Below the pieces are notes generated by a model that saw nothing but the letters and a program-made list of their open reading frames with translations, had not been told where the DNA came from and ran no database searches. Positions 10,181 to 20,082 of a stretch of 64,000 nucleotides of DNA are shown here, piece by piece. A program made the translations under genes and the position numbers. The stretch lies in assembly GCA_018303805.1 (NCBI GenBank), contig JAGVXL010000001.1, forward strand, positions 177,528 to 241,527. The letters are read 5' to 3'. Source of the stretch: Candidatus Pacearchaeota archaeon (GTDB lineage: Archaea; Nanobdellota; Nanobdellia; Pacearchaeales; DTIR01). Position 1 is the stretch's first letter. Each line of letters begins with the position of its first letter.

Positions 10181-10486
10181 AATCCCGTTTTAAAGAAGGA
10201 CAAAAAGAAATCCAAATTAAAAATTTTGCCTTGCTGAGCTTTGTAAAGGCAAAATTTTGGCAGAAAGGTTTTTAAACTCAGCTTGTTTTTTTGCTGTATA
10301 ATCCAGGGTTTTTTATCTTAAAAATAGATAAAATTCTCCATTAAAACTTTCAATAAAATTTAACCTAAATCAGTGAAAACTATCCAACACGGGAAAGTGA
10401 AGAATAAGGGAAGATTTAGGGTGAAAATTAGCATCGGGAAAGATAAATTCAGAAAAATTGAGATAATCAAATAAAAGAAAGAAAAA

Positions 10487-12373
10487 ATGAGCAATAAATC
10501 TGAGTATACTGCAGAGCAAATAAAAGTTTTGGATGGGTTAGATGGAGTCCGCCGTCGTCCGAGTATGTATATCGGCTCCACAGGCAAAGAAGGCCTGCAT
10601 CATTTGGTTTATGAAGTAGTAGACAATTCTGTTGATGAGGCACTAGCTGGAACATGCACCCTGATTCTTGTTACTGTAAATAAAGATGGAAGCGTGACTG
10701 TTGAGGATAACGGAAGGGGTATTCCTGTTGAGAAACATGCCCTCGGCAAATCTGCACTTGAAGTGGTTATGACAAAGCTGCATGCTGGAGGAAAATTTGA
10801 TCATAAGGCATATCTTATTTCTGGTGGATTACACGGTGTTGGTGTTTCTGTGGTTAATGCATTATCAAGAGAGATGACAGTTCAGGTTAGAAGAGATGGG
10901 AAGATTTACGAGCAAAAATACAAGAGGGGCAAGCCGGCAACAGAAGTGAAAGTTGTTGGGAAATCAGATAAAATAGGAACAACAGTAACATTTGTGCCTG
11001 ATGATGAGATATTCTCCGTATTGCAGTTTGATTTTTCAGTTCTTGTAAACAGAATGCGCGAGCTTGCATTTCTTAACCCTGGATTGAAGATTATCCTAAA
11101 AGATGAGATTAAGCAAAAAGAGGAGGAATTTCTGTCTATTGGGGGGTTAGTCGAGTTTGTAAAATGGCTAAATAAGTCAAAAGAGGTATTGCATAAGCCG
11201 ATTTATTTCAAAAAACAGATGGACAGCACGATTGTGGAGGTTGCTGTCCAGTACAATAATTCTTATCTTGACAACATTTTTGGGTTTGTAAACACAATCA
11301 ATACGGTTGAGGGCGGCACCCATATAATCGGATTCAAAACTGCATTAACAAGAGTGATTAATAATTATGCGCAAAAGAACAAGATAATCAAAGGGGAGAC
11401 AATAACGGGCGATGACTCTAGAGAAGGATTAACAGCCATCATAAATATAAGGATAAAAGAGCCGCAATTTGAAGGGCAGACAAAAACAAAACTGGGAAAT
11501 TCTGAAGTAAAGGGCTTTGTTGACTCTATCGTTACATTATTTTTATCCCAGTTTTTTGAAGAAAATCCAACAATAGCGAAAAAAATTTCAGAAAAAGTTG
11601 CTCAAGCTTCTAAAGCAAGAGAGGCAGCAAAAAAAGCCCGCGATCTTGTCAGAAGAAAAAATGCTTTTGGCTTGTCTGGATTGCCGGGAAAATTGGCAGA
11701 CTGCTCATCTAATAAATTAGAAGAAACAGAATTATTCATTGTTGAGGGCCAGTCAGCAGGAGGCTCTTCAAAAATGGCTAGAAACAAGGAATTTCAGGCA
11801 ATACTTCCCTTGAAAGGAAAAATCCTGAATGTTGAAAAAGCCCAGCCTATAAAAGTTCTAAGCAATGAGGAAATTGCTAATCTGATAACAGCAATCGGAA
11901 CAGGAGTCGGAGAAGAATTTAATCTTGAGAAATTGAGATACGGGAAAATTATAATTATGACAGATGCAGATGTTGACGGGCAGCATATCAAGACATTATT
12001 ACTGACTTTTTTTTACAGATACATGCTGCAGCTTATAGAAAACGGGAATGTTTTTGTTGCTGTTCCTCCTTTGTATAAAATAAGAAAGCACAAAGACCAT
12101 TATGTTTATTCTGACAAGGGGCTAAAATTAGCCCTGAATAAACTTGGGCAGGGAAAAAATGTTAATGTCCAGAGATTCAAGGGATTAGGAGAGATGAATC
12201 CGCAGCAACTGTGGGAAACAACAATGAATCCTTCAAGCAGGACACTAAAAAAAGTTGCAGTGGAAGATGCTGTTGAAGCGGATGAAACCATCTCTATATT
12301 AATGGGGGATGATGTTGCCCCAAGAAAACAGTTCATAGAAGAGCATGCCAAGGAGGCGAATTTAGATTTGTAA
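10487..12373 (+). CDS. gyrB: DNA gyrase subunit B
   Basis: YTAEQIKVLDGLDGVRRRPSMYIGST, GLHHLVYEVVDNSVDEA, TOPRIM EGQSAGGS and PLKGKILNVE. Confidence 0.95.
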   Translation: MSNKSEYTAEQIKVLDGLDGVRRRPSMYIGSTGKEGLHHLVYEVVDNSVDEALAGTCTLILVTVNKDGSVTVEDNGRGIPVEKHALGKSALEVVMTKLHAGGKFDHKAYLISGGLHGVGVSVVNALSREMTVQVRRDGKIYEQKYKRGKPATEVKVVGKSDKIGTTVTFVPDDEIFSVLQFDFSVLVNRMRELAFLNPGLKIILKDEIKQKEEEFLSIGGLVEFVKWLNKSKEVLHKPIYFKKQMDSTIVEVAVQYNNSYLDNIFGFVNTINTVEGGTHIIGFKTALTRVINNYAQKNKIIKGETITGDDSREGLTAIINIRIKEPQFEGQTKTKLGNSEVKGFVDSIVTLFLSQFFEENPTIAKKISEKVAQASKAREAAKKARDLVRRKNAFGLSGLPGKLADCSSNKLEETELFIVEGQSAGGSSKMARNKEFQAILPLKGKILNVEKAQPIKVLSNEEIANLITAIGTGVGEEFNLEKLRYGKIIIMTDADVDGQHIKTLLLTFFYRYMLQLIENGNVFVAVPPLYKIRKHKDHYVYSDKGLKLALNKLGQGKNVNVQRFKGLGEMNPQQLWETTMNPSSRTLKKVAVEDAVEADETISILMGDDVAPRKQFIEEHAKEANLDL

Positions 12374-12383
12374 TCTGTGAAAA

Positions 12384-12605
12384 ATGACAACGCTCAAAGA
12401 AATAATAGGCCAAGTTAAAAAAGCAGAATCAATTAATAGGGAAAATTTTGTGATAGAAGTAACAAAAGAAAACTGCGGGAATCTTAAAGGGCTTTTGGCT
12501 AATGTAAGAAAGGTTTATGACAACGCCCATAACCCCCTCAGCAGTTATAATATAGATACAATAAAAAGCAATGGCATAATGCACTTGCACTTTTATAGGA
12601 AATAA
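12384..12605 (+). CDS. hypothetical 73-aa protein encoded between gyrB and gyrA
   Basis: An ATG ORF that starts 10 nt after the gyrB stop and ends 2 nt before the gyrA ATG, on the same strand. No motif recognised. Confidence 0.45.
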   Translation: MTTLKEIIGQVKKAESINRENFVIEVTKENCGNLKGLLANVRKVYDNAHNPLSSYNIDTIKSNGIMHLHFYRK

Positions 12606-12607
12606 AA

Positions 12608-15103
12608 ATGGCAGAAGAGAAAGATAAAACAGAGGAACAGGACGATATTGAGCTTGAAGAAGAAAGCAAGGAGAAAGGCATAGAAAATACAGATATAAGT
12701 GAAGAGATGAGAAAGGCATATATAGATTATGCCATGTCAGTAATAGTAAGCAGGGCATTGCCTGCAGCAGAAGACGGGTTAAAGCCGGTTCATAGAAGAA
12801 TTCTTTATGCTATGGAGAGGCTGGGGATAAATTCAGACAAGGCAACAGTGAAATGTGCCCGTATTGTGGGAGATGTTATCGGCAAATATCATCCCCATGG
12901 TGACATTGCTGTCTATGATTCTCTCGTAAGAATGGCCCAGGATTTTTCATTGAGATACCCCTTGATAAAAGGGCAGGGCAACTTCGGCAGTATTGACGGG
13001 GATATGCCTGCTGCCTACAGATACACAGAAGCAAAGCTTGATAAAATTTCAGAAGAGCTGCTTCAGGATTTAGAAAAAGATACAGTTGAATGGAATCCAA
13101 ATTTTGACAATAGTTTGAAAGAGCCGGAATTGCTTCCTGCAAAACTGCCTAACTTACTGCTAAATGGTGCAAATGGGATAGCAGTAGGAATGGCAACCAA
13201 TATCCCCCCCCATAACTTAACAAATGTTTGCGACACAATTATCTCTTATTTGAACAATCCAAATGTTGAAATTGAAAAGCTTGCTGAAACAATCCAGGGC
13301 CCTGATTTTCCTACTGGAGGAAGCATAGATTATTCGAATATTCTGGATTTATACAAAACAGGGAAAGCATCCATAACAATGCGCGGGAGATTAATAACAG
13401 AGGATATCAGGGGAGGAAAAGAAGCAATAATTATCACGGAAATTCCCTATCAAATAAACAAGACAACACTCATAGAAAAAATTGCTTCCTTGGTTGCAGA
13501 GAAAAAACTTCCTGATGTTACAGACATAAGAGATGAGTCTGCAAAAGGAAAAATCAGGATTGTTATTGAGCAAAAAAGGGGGGCTGACTCAAAATTCACA
13601 ATTAACAGGCTGTACCAATATACAGACATGCAATGCAATTTTGATGCAAATATCTTAGCATTAGTCAATGGAGAGCCAAAATTGCTTAACCTGAAACAAA
13701 TAGTAGAGGTTTATGTTGATTATAGAAAACAAATAATCAAGAGAAGAACAAAATTTGACTTGGAAAAAGCAGAGGACAGAAAGCACATAGTTGAAGGCTT
13801 GCTTCTTGCCTTAAAACAGATAGATGATGTTGTTTCCTCAATAAAAAAATCTAAAAACACAACAGAAGCCTTGGAAGCATTAGTCAAAAGATTCTCATTA
13901 ACCCAGAAACAAGCCCAGGCAATTCTTGATATGAAGCTCTCGTCTTTAACTTCTTTAGAGACAGACAAGCTCAAGGATGAAAATAAGAAGCTTGAGGAAT
14001 TAATTAGAGAATTAAAGAAGATTCTATCAGATGAAAAAGAGATTATCGCGATAATAAGGAAAGACTTGTCTGACTTAAAGAGGAACTTTGGAGATGAAAG
14101 AAGGACAAATATCCTGCAGAGAATAGCCGAGATACAGGAAAAAGACCTGATAGTAAAAAAACAGGCTATAGTTACAATAACTGGTAAGGGCTATGTAAAA
14201 AGAATGGATGAAAAGGCATACAAGGAGCAGAAAAGAGGCGGAAAAGGAATGATTGGAAGCGATTTGGCGACAGGGGATTATATAAGGCAGTTGATAACAT
14301 GCAACACCCATGATTACCTGTTATTCTTTACAGACAGGGGAAAGGCCTATTGGCTTAAAGCTTATGAAGTTCCTGAAACAGACAGGTATGGAAAAGGAAA
14401 AGCAATAATCAACTTGCTGAACATCAGGGAAGAAAATGTCACAAGTGTTATCCCTGTGAATAAATTTGAAAATTTCCTTCTTATGGTCACAAAACAGGGC
14501 GTAATAAAGAAACTTCCTCTTGACAATTTGAGCAATCCAAGAAAAGCAGGCGTAAGGGCAATTAATCTGCCTCTTGACAATTCAGATAATTTAATTGATG
14601 TTCAAAGAATTACAGAAAAGCAGGAGGTTGTTATTGTGACAGCAGACGGGCAGGCAATAAGATTTTCATCAGAAGAGGTCAGGGCAATGGGAAGGGCATC
14701 CTATGGGGTTGCAGGAATAAAACTGGAAAAAGGGGATTATGTTGTTTCCCTAGAAGTTCTGCCTGAAACAGAAGAAGAGCGGAAAAAAGCTTCTGTCTTG
14801 ACAATAACAGACAAGGGATATGGCAAGAGAAGCGCAATAGAGGATTACAGAAAAACAGGAAGAGCATGCAAGGGAGTGATAAACTTGAAAGTTACAGACA
14901 AGACAGGAAAAGTCAGGACAACTGTCTCTATAAAAGATGAGGATTCAATTATTGTTTCAACAACAAAAGGCATAGTGATAAGAACAAATGTGAAGGACAT
15001 AAGGATAATGGGAAGAGCCACCCAGGGTGTGAGGATAATCAAGCTGCAGGAAGGCGATTCTGTTACTGACCTGGTAAAAGTCAATAACTTAATAGAGGAA
15101 TGA
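12608..15103 (+). CDS. gyrA: DNA gyrase subunit A
   Basis: [32 protein letters not shown], the active-site region [10 protein letters not shown], and C-terminal beta-pinwheel repeats. Confidence 0.95.
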   Translation: MAEEKDKTEEQDDIELEEESKEKGIENTDISEEMRKAYIDYAMSVIVSRALPAAEDGLKPVHRRILYAMERLGINSDKATVKCARIVGDVIGKYHPHGDIAVYDSLVRMAQDFSLRYPLIKGQGNFGSIDGDMPAAYRYTEAKLDKISEELLQDLEKDTVEWNPNFDNSLKEPELLPAKLPNLLLNGANGIAVGMATNIPPHNLTNVCDTIISYLNNPNVEIEKLAETIQGPDFPTGGSIDYSNILDLYKTGKASITMRGRLITEDIRGGKEAIIITEIPYQINKTTLIEKIASLVAEKKLPDVTDIRDESAKGKIRIVIEQKRGADSKFTINRLYQYTDMQCNFDANILALVNGEPKLLNLKQIVEVYVDYRKQIIKRRTKFDLEKAEDRKHIVEGLLLALKQIDDVVSSIKKSKNTTEALEALVKRFSLTQKQAQAILDMKLSSLTSLETDKLKDENKKLEELIRELKKILSDEKEIIAIIRKDLSDLKRNFGDERRTNILQRIAEIQEKDLIVKKQAIVTITGKGYVKRMDEKAYKEQKRGGKGMIGSDLATGDYIRQLITCNTHDYLLFFTDRGKAYWLKAYEVPETDRYGKGKAIINLLNIREENVTSVIPVNKFENFLLMVTKQGVIKKLPLDNLSNPRKAGVRAINLPLDNSDNLIDVQRITEKQEVVIVTADGQAIRFSSEEVRAMGRASYGVAGIKLEKGDYVVSLEVLPETEEERKKASVLTITDKGYGKRSAIEDYRKTGRACKGVINLKVTDKTGKVRTTVSIKDEDSIIVSTTKGIVIRTNVKDIRIMGRATQGVRIIKLQEGDSVTDLVKVNNLIEE

Positions 15104-15151
15104 AGAAAATAATCAAATAAAAGAAAGAAAAGAAGAAAAACAAAAATTGGC

Positions 15152-15466
15152 TTACTTCAGTTCCAAGTGTATTGGCGCTTTCTTTGCTACCACATTGTAA
15201 ACATGCGCAACTATCAATGTGCCAATGAAGCCGACAATGAAACCGCCTATAGGATAGCCGATTATCAGCAGAGCTCCGGCATTCAACACATTCAACTGTG
15301 GCACTGTAATTCCTGAGATGCCTGCCAATTGCGCAAACCACGATACAAGTATGCCCAGATTGACTGCTGTCAATATGCCAAGTATCAATCCAAGCACTGC
15401 ATTAACCAAACCAACTGCAATGGCAATAGGAACTGGTGGTATTCTCTTTACTTTGGTTACAGCCAT
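15152..15466 (-). CDS. small membrane protein, paralog 1 of a tandem pair
   Basis: 104 aa with 3 hydrophobic helices, ending ...HLELK. It is preceded by GGAGGTGAAAAATG. Confidence 0.55.
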   Translation of the reverse strand: MAVTKVKRIPPVPIAIAVGLVNAVLGLILGILTAVNLGILVSWFAQLAGISGITVPQLNVLNAGALLIIGYPIGGFIVGFIGTLIVAHVYNVVAKKAPIHLELK

Positions 15467-15551
15467 TTTTCACCTCCTTTTTAATGCTGATATTATCAGG
15501 GGAATAGAACTTAAAAAGCCTTGCTTTTCTTGTTTTTTCCCTGACTTTTTA

Positions 15552-15872
15552 TCACTTCAACTCAACCTTAAGCTGAACTTTTCTTGCTATCAGATTGTAT
15601 AGCCATACAACAACAAGAGTTCCTATGAATCCGCTAATAAATCCTGTAACTGGATAAATCAGGATGAGCCATGCAGAACCAGTTACAGACAAGGCAAGCA
15701 TGTTCTGCAAGCCGCCTTGAACTAGTGTTGCTGCAATTTCTGGATTTCTTGCCAGGAAAATGGAAATCCCCAATCCAATAATCGCAAAAATAAACCCAAT
15801 AATCGCATTTATCAGCCCTACAACCAAGGCAGCGCTTAAGGGAGCAATTTTCCTTAATTTTGACAAAGCCAT
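15552..15872 (-). CDS. small membrane protein, paralog 2 of a tandem pair
   Basis: 106 aa that aligns end to end with the 15152..15466 product (GFI.GFIGTL.V...YN..A.K....ELK). The upstream sequence GGAGGTGAAAAATG is identical. Confidence 0.55.
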   Translation of the reverse strand: MALSKLRKIAPLSAALVVGLINAIIGFIFAIIGLGISIFLARNPEIAATLVQGGLQNMLALSVTGSAWLILIYPVTGFISGFIGTLVVVWLYNLIARKVQLKVELK

Positions 15873-15914
15873 TTTTCACCTCCTTTTTATTGATTCATAT
15901 CAAGATTTGAAGAT

Positions 15915-16127
15915 TCATGTTGTGCCCCTGTCCTTGTCAATCTCTTTAGGGATAACATATCCTCTTTTTTCTATTGCATTGAAATGCTCTTTGGTTATTT
16001 TAACGCCACCAACATAATAATGAAATAAGTTCCTTACCTCTTCTATCTGTTTTTGGTGTTCCTCAAAATCTGCATCTTCGTTTATTTTCTTGCTGCACTA
16101 CAGACAGATATCATCAAGATTTGCCAT
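15915..16127 (-). pseudogene. small ORF interrupted by an in-frame TAG at codon 10 (CxxC-type N-terminus)
   Basis: My own reverse-strand translation is MANLDDICL[TAG]CSKKINEDADFEEHQKQIEEVRNLFHYYVGGVKITKEHFNAIEKRGYVIPKEIDKDRGTT, then TGA. The TAG is at 16100..16098. The ORF starts 24 nt after the stop of the upstream SIMPL gene. Confidence 0.4.
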
Positions 16128-16151
16128 TCTTTTGTTTTTTAATAAAAGTTT

Positions 16152-16913
16152 TTACTCAAACCCATAACTTACTGAAATAGACGCTGTAACCTTCACGCTG
16201 CCTGCTAAAATCTGCGTTGAAGCCGAAGCCATCTCCTTGTATGCTGCATAATAGGGAGTGACATAACTGTATCCAGCAGTTATATACACTGGTTTTTTCA
16301 GGGTAACACCCATCTGCTCTGCTGTAATCAATGCCTTTTTCCTTGCATCGCTTATTGCCTTTTTCAAGGCCTCTGCACCAACTGACTCCTTCCTTGCATC
16401 AGTTAATGCAAAGACTATACTGTTAATTTTGTTTGCCCCTGCATTGACTGCATTATCAATTATCTTGCCGGCATCATTAACCCCTGATTTTATCTTGAGA
16501 ATATGTGTTGTTTTGTAACCTATTATTTTTTCCTGCCCATCTTTCCAGTCTATCAACGGAGAGAGGTCGAGAGAGTATGTTTCCACATCCTCTTTCTTTG
16601 CATAAGAATAAATTTCCCTATACACTTTCTGCATTATGTTCGCATTTTCTTTTTGTGATGTTGAAGCAATCAGATTCTGGGTTTCAACTCCAAGATAAAT
16701 TTCAGCCACATCCGCCTTCTCACTCACTTCAGCATACCCTGAAACATCAATCTTGTCCTTAGTTGAGGACTGAATAACTTGTATCTGCTGATTGGATATT
16801 AAGCCAAATCTCAAGGCAAGAATGATAGAACCAAATATGATTATCCATACTATAGATATAGTAATTACAAGAGCTTTCCTCTTTTTTTCCGTCTCCTGTT
16901 TTGAATCTGCCAT
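16152..16913 (-). CDS. SIMPL/DUF541-domain protein with an N-terminal membrane anchor
   Basis: N-terminal TM helix followed by the pattern typical of SIMPL (26-kDa periplasmic immunogenic protein family): IDVSGYAEVSEKADVAEIYLGVET... Confidence 0.6.
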   Translation of the reverse strand: MADSKQETEKKRKALVITISIVWIIIFGSIILALRFGLISNQQIQVIQSSTKDKIDVSGYAEVSEKADVAEIYLGVETQNLIASTSQKENANIMQKVYREIYSYAKKEDVETYSLDLSPLIDWKDGQEKIIGYKTTHILKIKSGVNDAGKIIDNAVNAGANKINSIVFALTDARKESVGAEALKKAISDARKKALITAEQMGVTLKKPVYITAGYSYVTPYYAAYKEMASASTQILAGSVKVTASISVSYGFE

Positions 16914-16953
16914 TATTCAGAATAGGCATGCCTATTTTATAAATTTAATGAAA

Positions 16954-18195
16954 CTAAATTACAATCTCCCCCCAGCCAATTAATCTCCAATGCCCCTGCA
17001 GATTTCTTGCTATGCCCACCTTGCTCTTTGCGATAGGCACTATCGGAATTTTCAATGAAAGTTCTATTTCATTGCCTGTTGATTTTGCTGCTATCCCAAC
17101 AGTTACAGCCGTATTTACACTTAAAAGAATTGTCTCGTTAAATTTTATCGGCTCTACAGGTTTTTTCTCCTCTATGCCTATAATCTCCTTGAACAGCTGT
17201 GTTTTTATTTTTACACGCGATTTAATTTCTGGCAGTTCTCCTGCTTTTCCAACAACGCATCCTGCCAAGGAATCTGCTTTTGTCAATACTGGGTCAAGAG
17301 AAGTCTGTATCGCAAGAGAGCCAGAGGGGATAATTTTATCAAGTTTGTTATTGCCAGAATATAACGCAAGGATTTTGGTTTTGATTGTTCTGTACTCTGT
17401 AGTGTTGTGTTTTTTCATTGATAAGCCTGGTTTTATCTCAATCTCGTCTCCTATCTGCAATGAGCCCTGCTTTAAAACGCCGCCTAAAACCCCCCCGCTT
17501 AACTCAGCAGAATTTGTTCCCGGCTTGTTAATGTCAAAAGAGCGGGCAATAAAAAACAATGGCTTGTTTTCTATGTCTCTCTCTGGAATTTTTAACTTGC
17601 AGATATATTCAAGGATAGAATCTATATTCACTCCCTGCTGCGCAGAACATGGAATTATCACCGCATTCTCTGCTACTGTGCCTTTGACAAACTTTTTGAT
17701 ATCCTCATAATTTTTTAGTGCCTGTTCCCTTGTCGCTAAATCAACCTTGTTTTGCACTATCATGATTTCCCTGATGCCTTTTGCCTCCAATGCAACGAGA
17801 TGCTCTCTCGTCTGAGGTCTAGGACATGGCTCATTTGCAGCTATCACAAGTATTGCGGCATCAATCACTGCGGCTCCGCTTAACATTGTAGCCATAAGCA
17901 TCTCATGCCCGGGAGCATCAACAAAACTAATATATCTTACTGCTTCACTTTTTCCGCCACATTTGCATGTTTCTTCTCTGGTGTACACGCCGCATTTAGT
18001 GCATTTCCTGATAACAACATCTGCATAGCCCAGCTTGATTGTTATCCCTCTTTTCAATTCTTCAGAATGCGTGTCAGTCCACTTTCCAGTAAGCTTCCAG
18101 AGCAATGTAGTCTTGCCGTGGTCTATATGCCCTACCATGCCTATGTTCAGCACAGGCTGTTTAGTTATTTGTTCTGCCATTTTTTCAATAGCCAT
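16954..18195 (-). CDS. eif2g: translation initiation factor aIF2 gamma subunit
   Basis: NIGMVGHIDHGKTTL, the zinc-knuckle CxxC...CxC insert, NKVDL, and EF-Tu-like domains II and III. Confidence 0.95.
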   Translation of the reverse strand: MAIEKMAEQITKQPVLNIGMVGHIDHGKTTLLWKLTGKWTDTHSEELKRGITIKLGYADVVIRKCTKCGVYTREETCKCGGKSEAVRYISFVDAPGHEMLMATMLSGAAVIDAAILVIAANEPCPRPQTREHLVALEAKGIREIMIVQNKVDLATREQALKNYEDIKKFVKGTVAENAVIIPCSAQQGVNIDSILEYICKLKIPERDIENKPLFFIARSFDINKPGTNSAELSGGVLGGVLKQGSLQIGDEIEIKPGLSMKKHNTTEYRTIKTKILALYSGNNKLDKIIPSGSLAIQTSLDPVLTKADSLAGCVVGKAGELPEIKSRVKIKTQLFKEIIGIEEKKPVEPIKFNETILLSVNTAVTVGIAAKSTGNEIELSLKIPIVPIAKSKVGIARNLQGHWRLIGWGEIVI

Positions 18196-18269
18196 GGAAT
18201 TGAGACTCTATAATCCATATTGGTTTTTACCAACACCCAAAAGAAAGGCGGTTTATTTATTTTTAAACA

Positions 18270-19565
18270 TTACTCCTTGTCTGGATAATCGCAGTTTGAA
18301 ATCATAAAAACAGAGCCAAATCTAAGCTTTTCCCTGCTTATATTTGAAATTGCTTTTATTATCTCCCCGTATTTTGTTTTGTCAGTTGTTATAACCACAG
18401 GAACAAAATTTTCTCTCTCCTCGCCTATTTGTATTGCTTGGGATATATTTATGTTGTGGCTTGCAAGTATGCCTGTGAGGTTGTGCAGTGTGCCTGGCTT
18501 GTCAAGCCCATAAAATTTAAGGTAGAACCTCGACTCTAAATTTTCCTTTTCTACGATTTCAAACTTATTTGTTCCAAAGAAACTAATTTTTTGGTAAGGA
18601 TTTTGCATCATTCTGGATATCTGCCTTATATCAGTCATAATCGCCGCGGCAGTTGGTTTTCCCGCCCCCTCTCCAGAGAGCATTATATTTGCATTTCCTT
18701 TCAGGTAAATAGCGTTTGTTTCATAATTTATGGAACTAAGAGCATGCCTTTTAGGCAGAAGAACCGGTTGAACGCTCGCTTCAAGCAGGTTGTCCTTTAA
18801 TCTTGAAATCGCAAGCAACTTTATTGTATATCCTAATTGCTTGGCAAATGCTATATCCTCGCTGCTTATCTTTTTTATACCCTCGCAATATATCTCTTCT
18901 GAGCTTATCTTTGTCTTAAAATTTATTGATGTAATAATCGCAAGTTTTTGCGCGGCATCTTTGCCAGAAACATCAAATTCTGGGTTAGCCTCTGCAAATC
19001 CTTTCTCTTGTGCTTCAAGCAATGCTGTGTTATAATCCATTCCCTTGTTCATTCTTGTAAGTATATAGTTAGTTGTGCCATTAAGGATGCCCAAAATCTC
19101 TTTCGTATTGTTCCCCTCACTGCTTGTAATCTTGTCTATCACCCCCATGCCGCCGCCCACAGAAGCGGAGAACCTTAAATATCTTTCATGCTCAAGAGCT
19201 ATAATCTCAAGTTCAGAACCATATCTGTCTATTACCGCTTTGTTCGCAGTAATAACATGCTTGCCTTTGAGCAATGCATTTTTAATATGCTCATAAGCTG
19301 GGCTATAGCCCCCTATCAGCTCAACAAAAATGTCTATCTCTCCATCGTCTATAATTTCTTCAACATTCTTTGTGAAAGGCAGGGAATAGATCTCTCTTTC
19401 CATGTCTTTGTCAGCAGTTTTTTTAAGGATAATCTCAAGCCCCGCCTCCATCTTGAAATTCTCCTTCTGTTTATCAAACTCATTAACCGCTGCGCAGCCG
19501 ATTTTGCCTAAACCTGCTATCCCTATTCTTATTTTTCTGCATTCCATTTTCTGAGCTCCTTGCAA
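18270..19565 (-). CDS. hom: homoserine dehydrogenase with a C-terminal ACT domain
   Basis: IRIGIAGLGKIG Rossmann start, central GILNGTTNYIL, and an ACT-like tail. The true start may be the MECRK methionine at 19547. Confidence 0.8.
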   Translation of the reverse strand: MQGAQKMECRKIRIGIAGLGKIGCAAVNEFDKQKENFKMEAGLEIILKKTADKDMEREIYSLPFTKNVEEIIDDGEIDIFVELIGGYSPAYEHIKNALLKGKHVITANKAVIDRYGSELEIIALEHERYLRFSASVGGGMGVIDKITSSEGNNTKEILGILNGTTNYILTRMNKGMDYNTALLEAQEKGFAEANPEFDVSGKDAAQKLAIITSINFKTKISSEEIYCEGIKKISSEDIAFAKQLGYTIKLLAISRLKDNLLEASVQPVLLPKRHALSSINYETNAIYLKGNANIMLSGEGAGKPTAAAIMTDIRQISRMMQNPYQKISFFGTNKFEIVEKENLESRFYLKFYGLDKPGTLHNLTGILASHNINISQAIQIGEERENFVPVVITTDKTKYGEIIKAISNISREKLRFGSVFMISNCDYPDKE

Positions 19566-19610
19566 TTAAACTCTCGAGAAACCAAGAGGTTCTCACCTCC
19601 TTACTCTACT

Positions 19611-20027
19611 TTATTGCTGTTGTTCTGTTCCTTCTGCTTTCTCTTCTTTCTTGATATAAATCTCACTCAACAGCTTTTCCCCTTGCTTCTTCACTCTCAA
19701 ATTTATCTGGGCAATATCAGCGGAGATTGTATTGCCGCGGACAGTTTTTCTTAATCTCAAGCCTCTTGGCTTTCTTTGCCTCATGCCCTTCCCATATGTC
19801 AAAAGCAGCCTCTTCCTGCCTATAACCTCCAGTGATGCAAGGGCAGGAAACCCTGCATTGTCTGAAGCGCCAGTAAGAATGAATTCGTAACCATTTAACT
19901 CTTTGGAAATATCCTTTCCCTGCACAGCATCCCCAAGCTTCATGCTTACAAACACCTTCTCATCTGCCTCGACATGAAATGTTCTGCCTTTGTCTTTTTC
20001 AATTCCGGCGATATCAAGTTTCAACAT
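19611..20027 (-). CDS. rps6e: 30S ribosomal protein S6e
   Basis: LTGASDNAGFPA...GRKRLLLTYGKGMRQRKPRGLRLRKTVRGNTIS. Confidence 0.9.
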   Translation of the reverse strand: MLKLDIAGIEKDKGRTFHVEADEKVFVSMKLGDAVQGKDISKELNGYEFILTGASDNAGFPALASLEVIGRKRLLLTYGKGMRQRKPRGLRLRKTVRGNTISADIAQINLRVKKQGEKLLSEIYIKKEEKAEGTEQQQ

Positions 20028-20082
20028 TTTTGTTCCTATTTATTTTATTAAAAACCTTACAAACAAGTGTTTTAAAATCTTT

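Noticed and set aside
10181-10486. The argS-gyrB intergenic region as a replication origin.
   Set aside because: I recognised no ORB or mini-ORB-like repeats. No cdc6/orc1 gene is adjacent. The repeats there are short AT-rich boxes.
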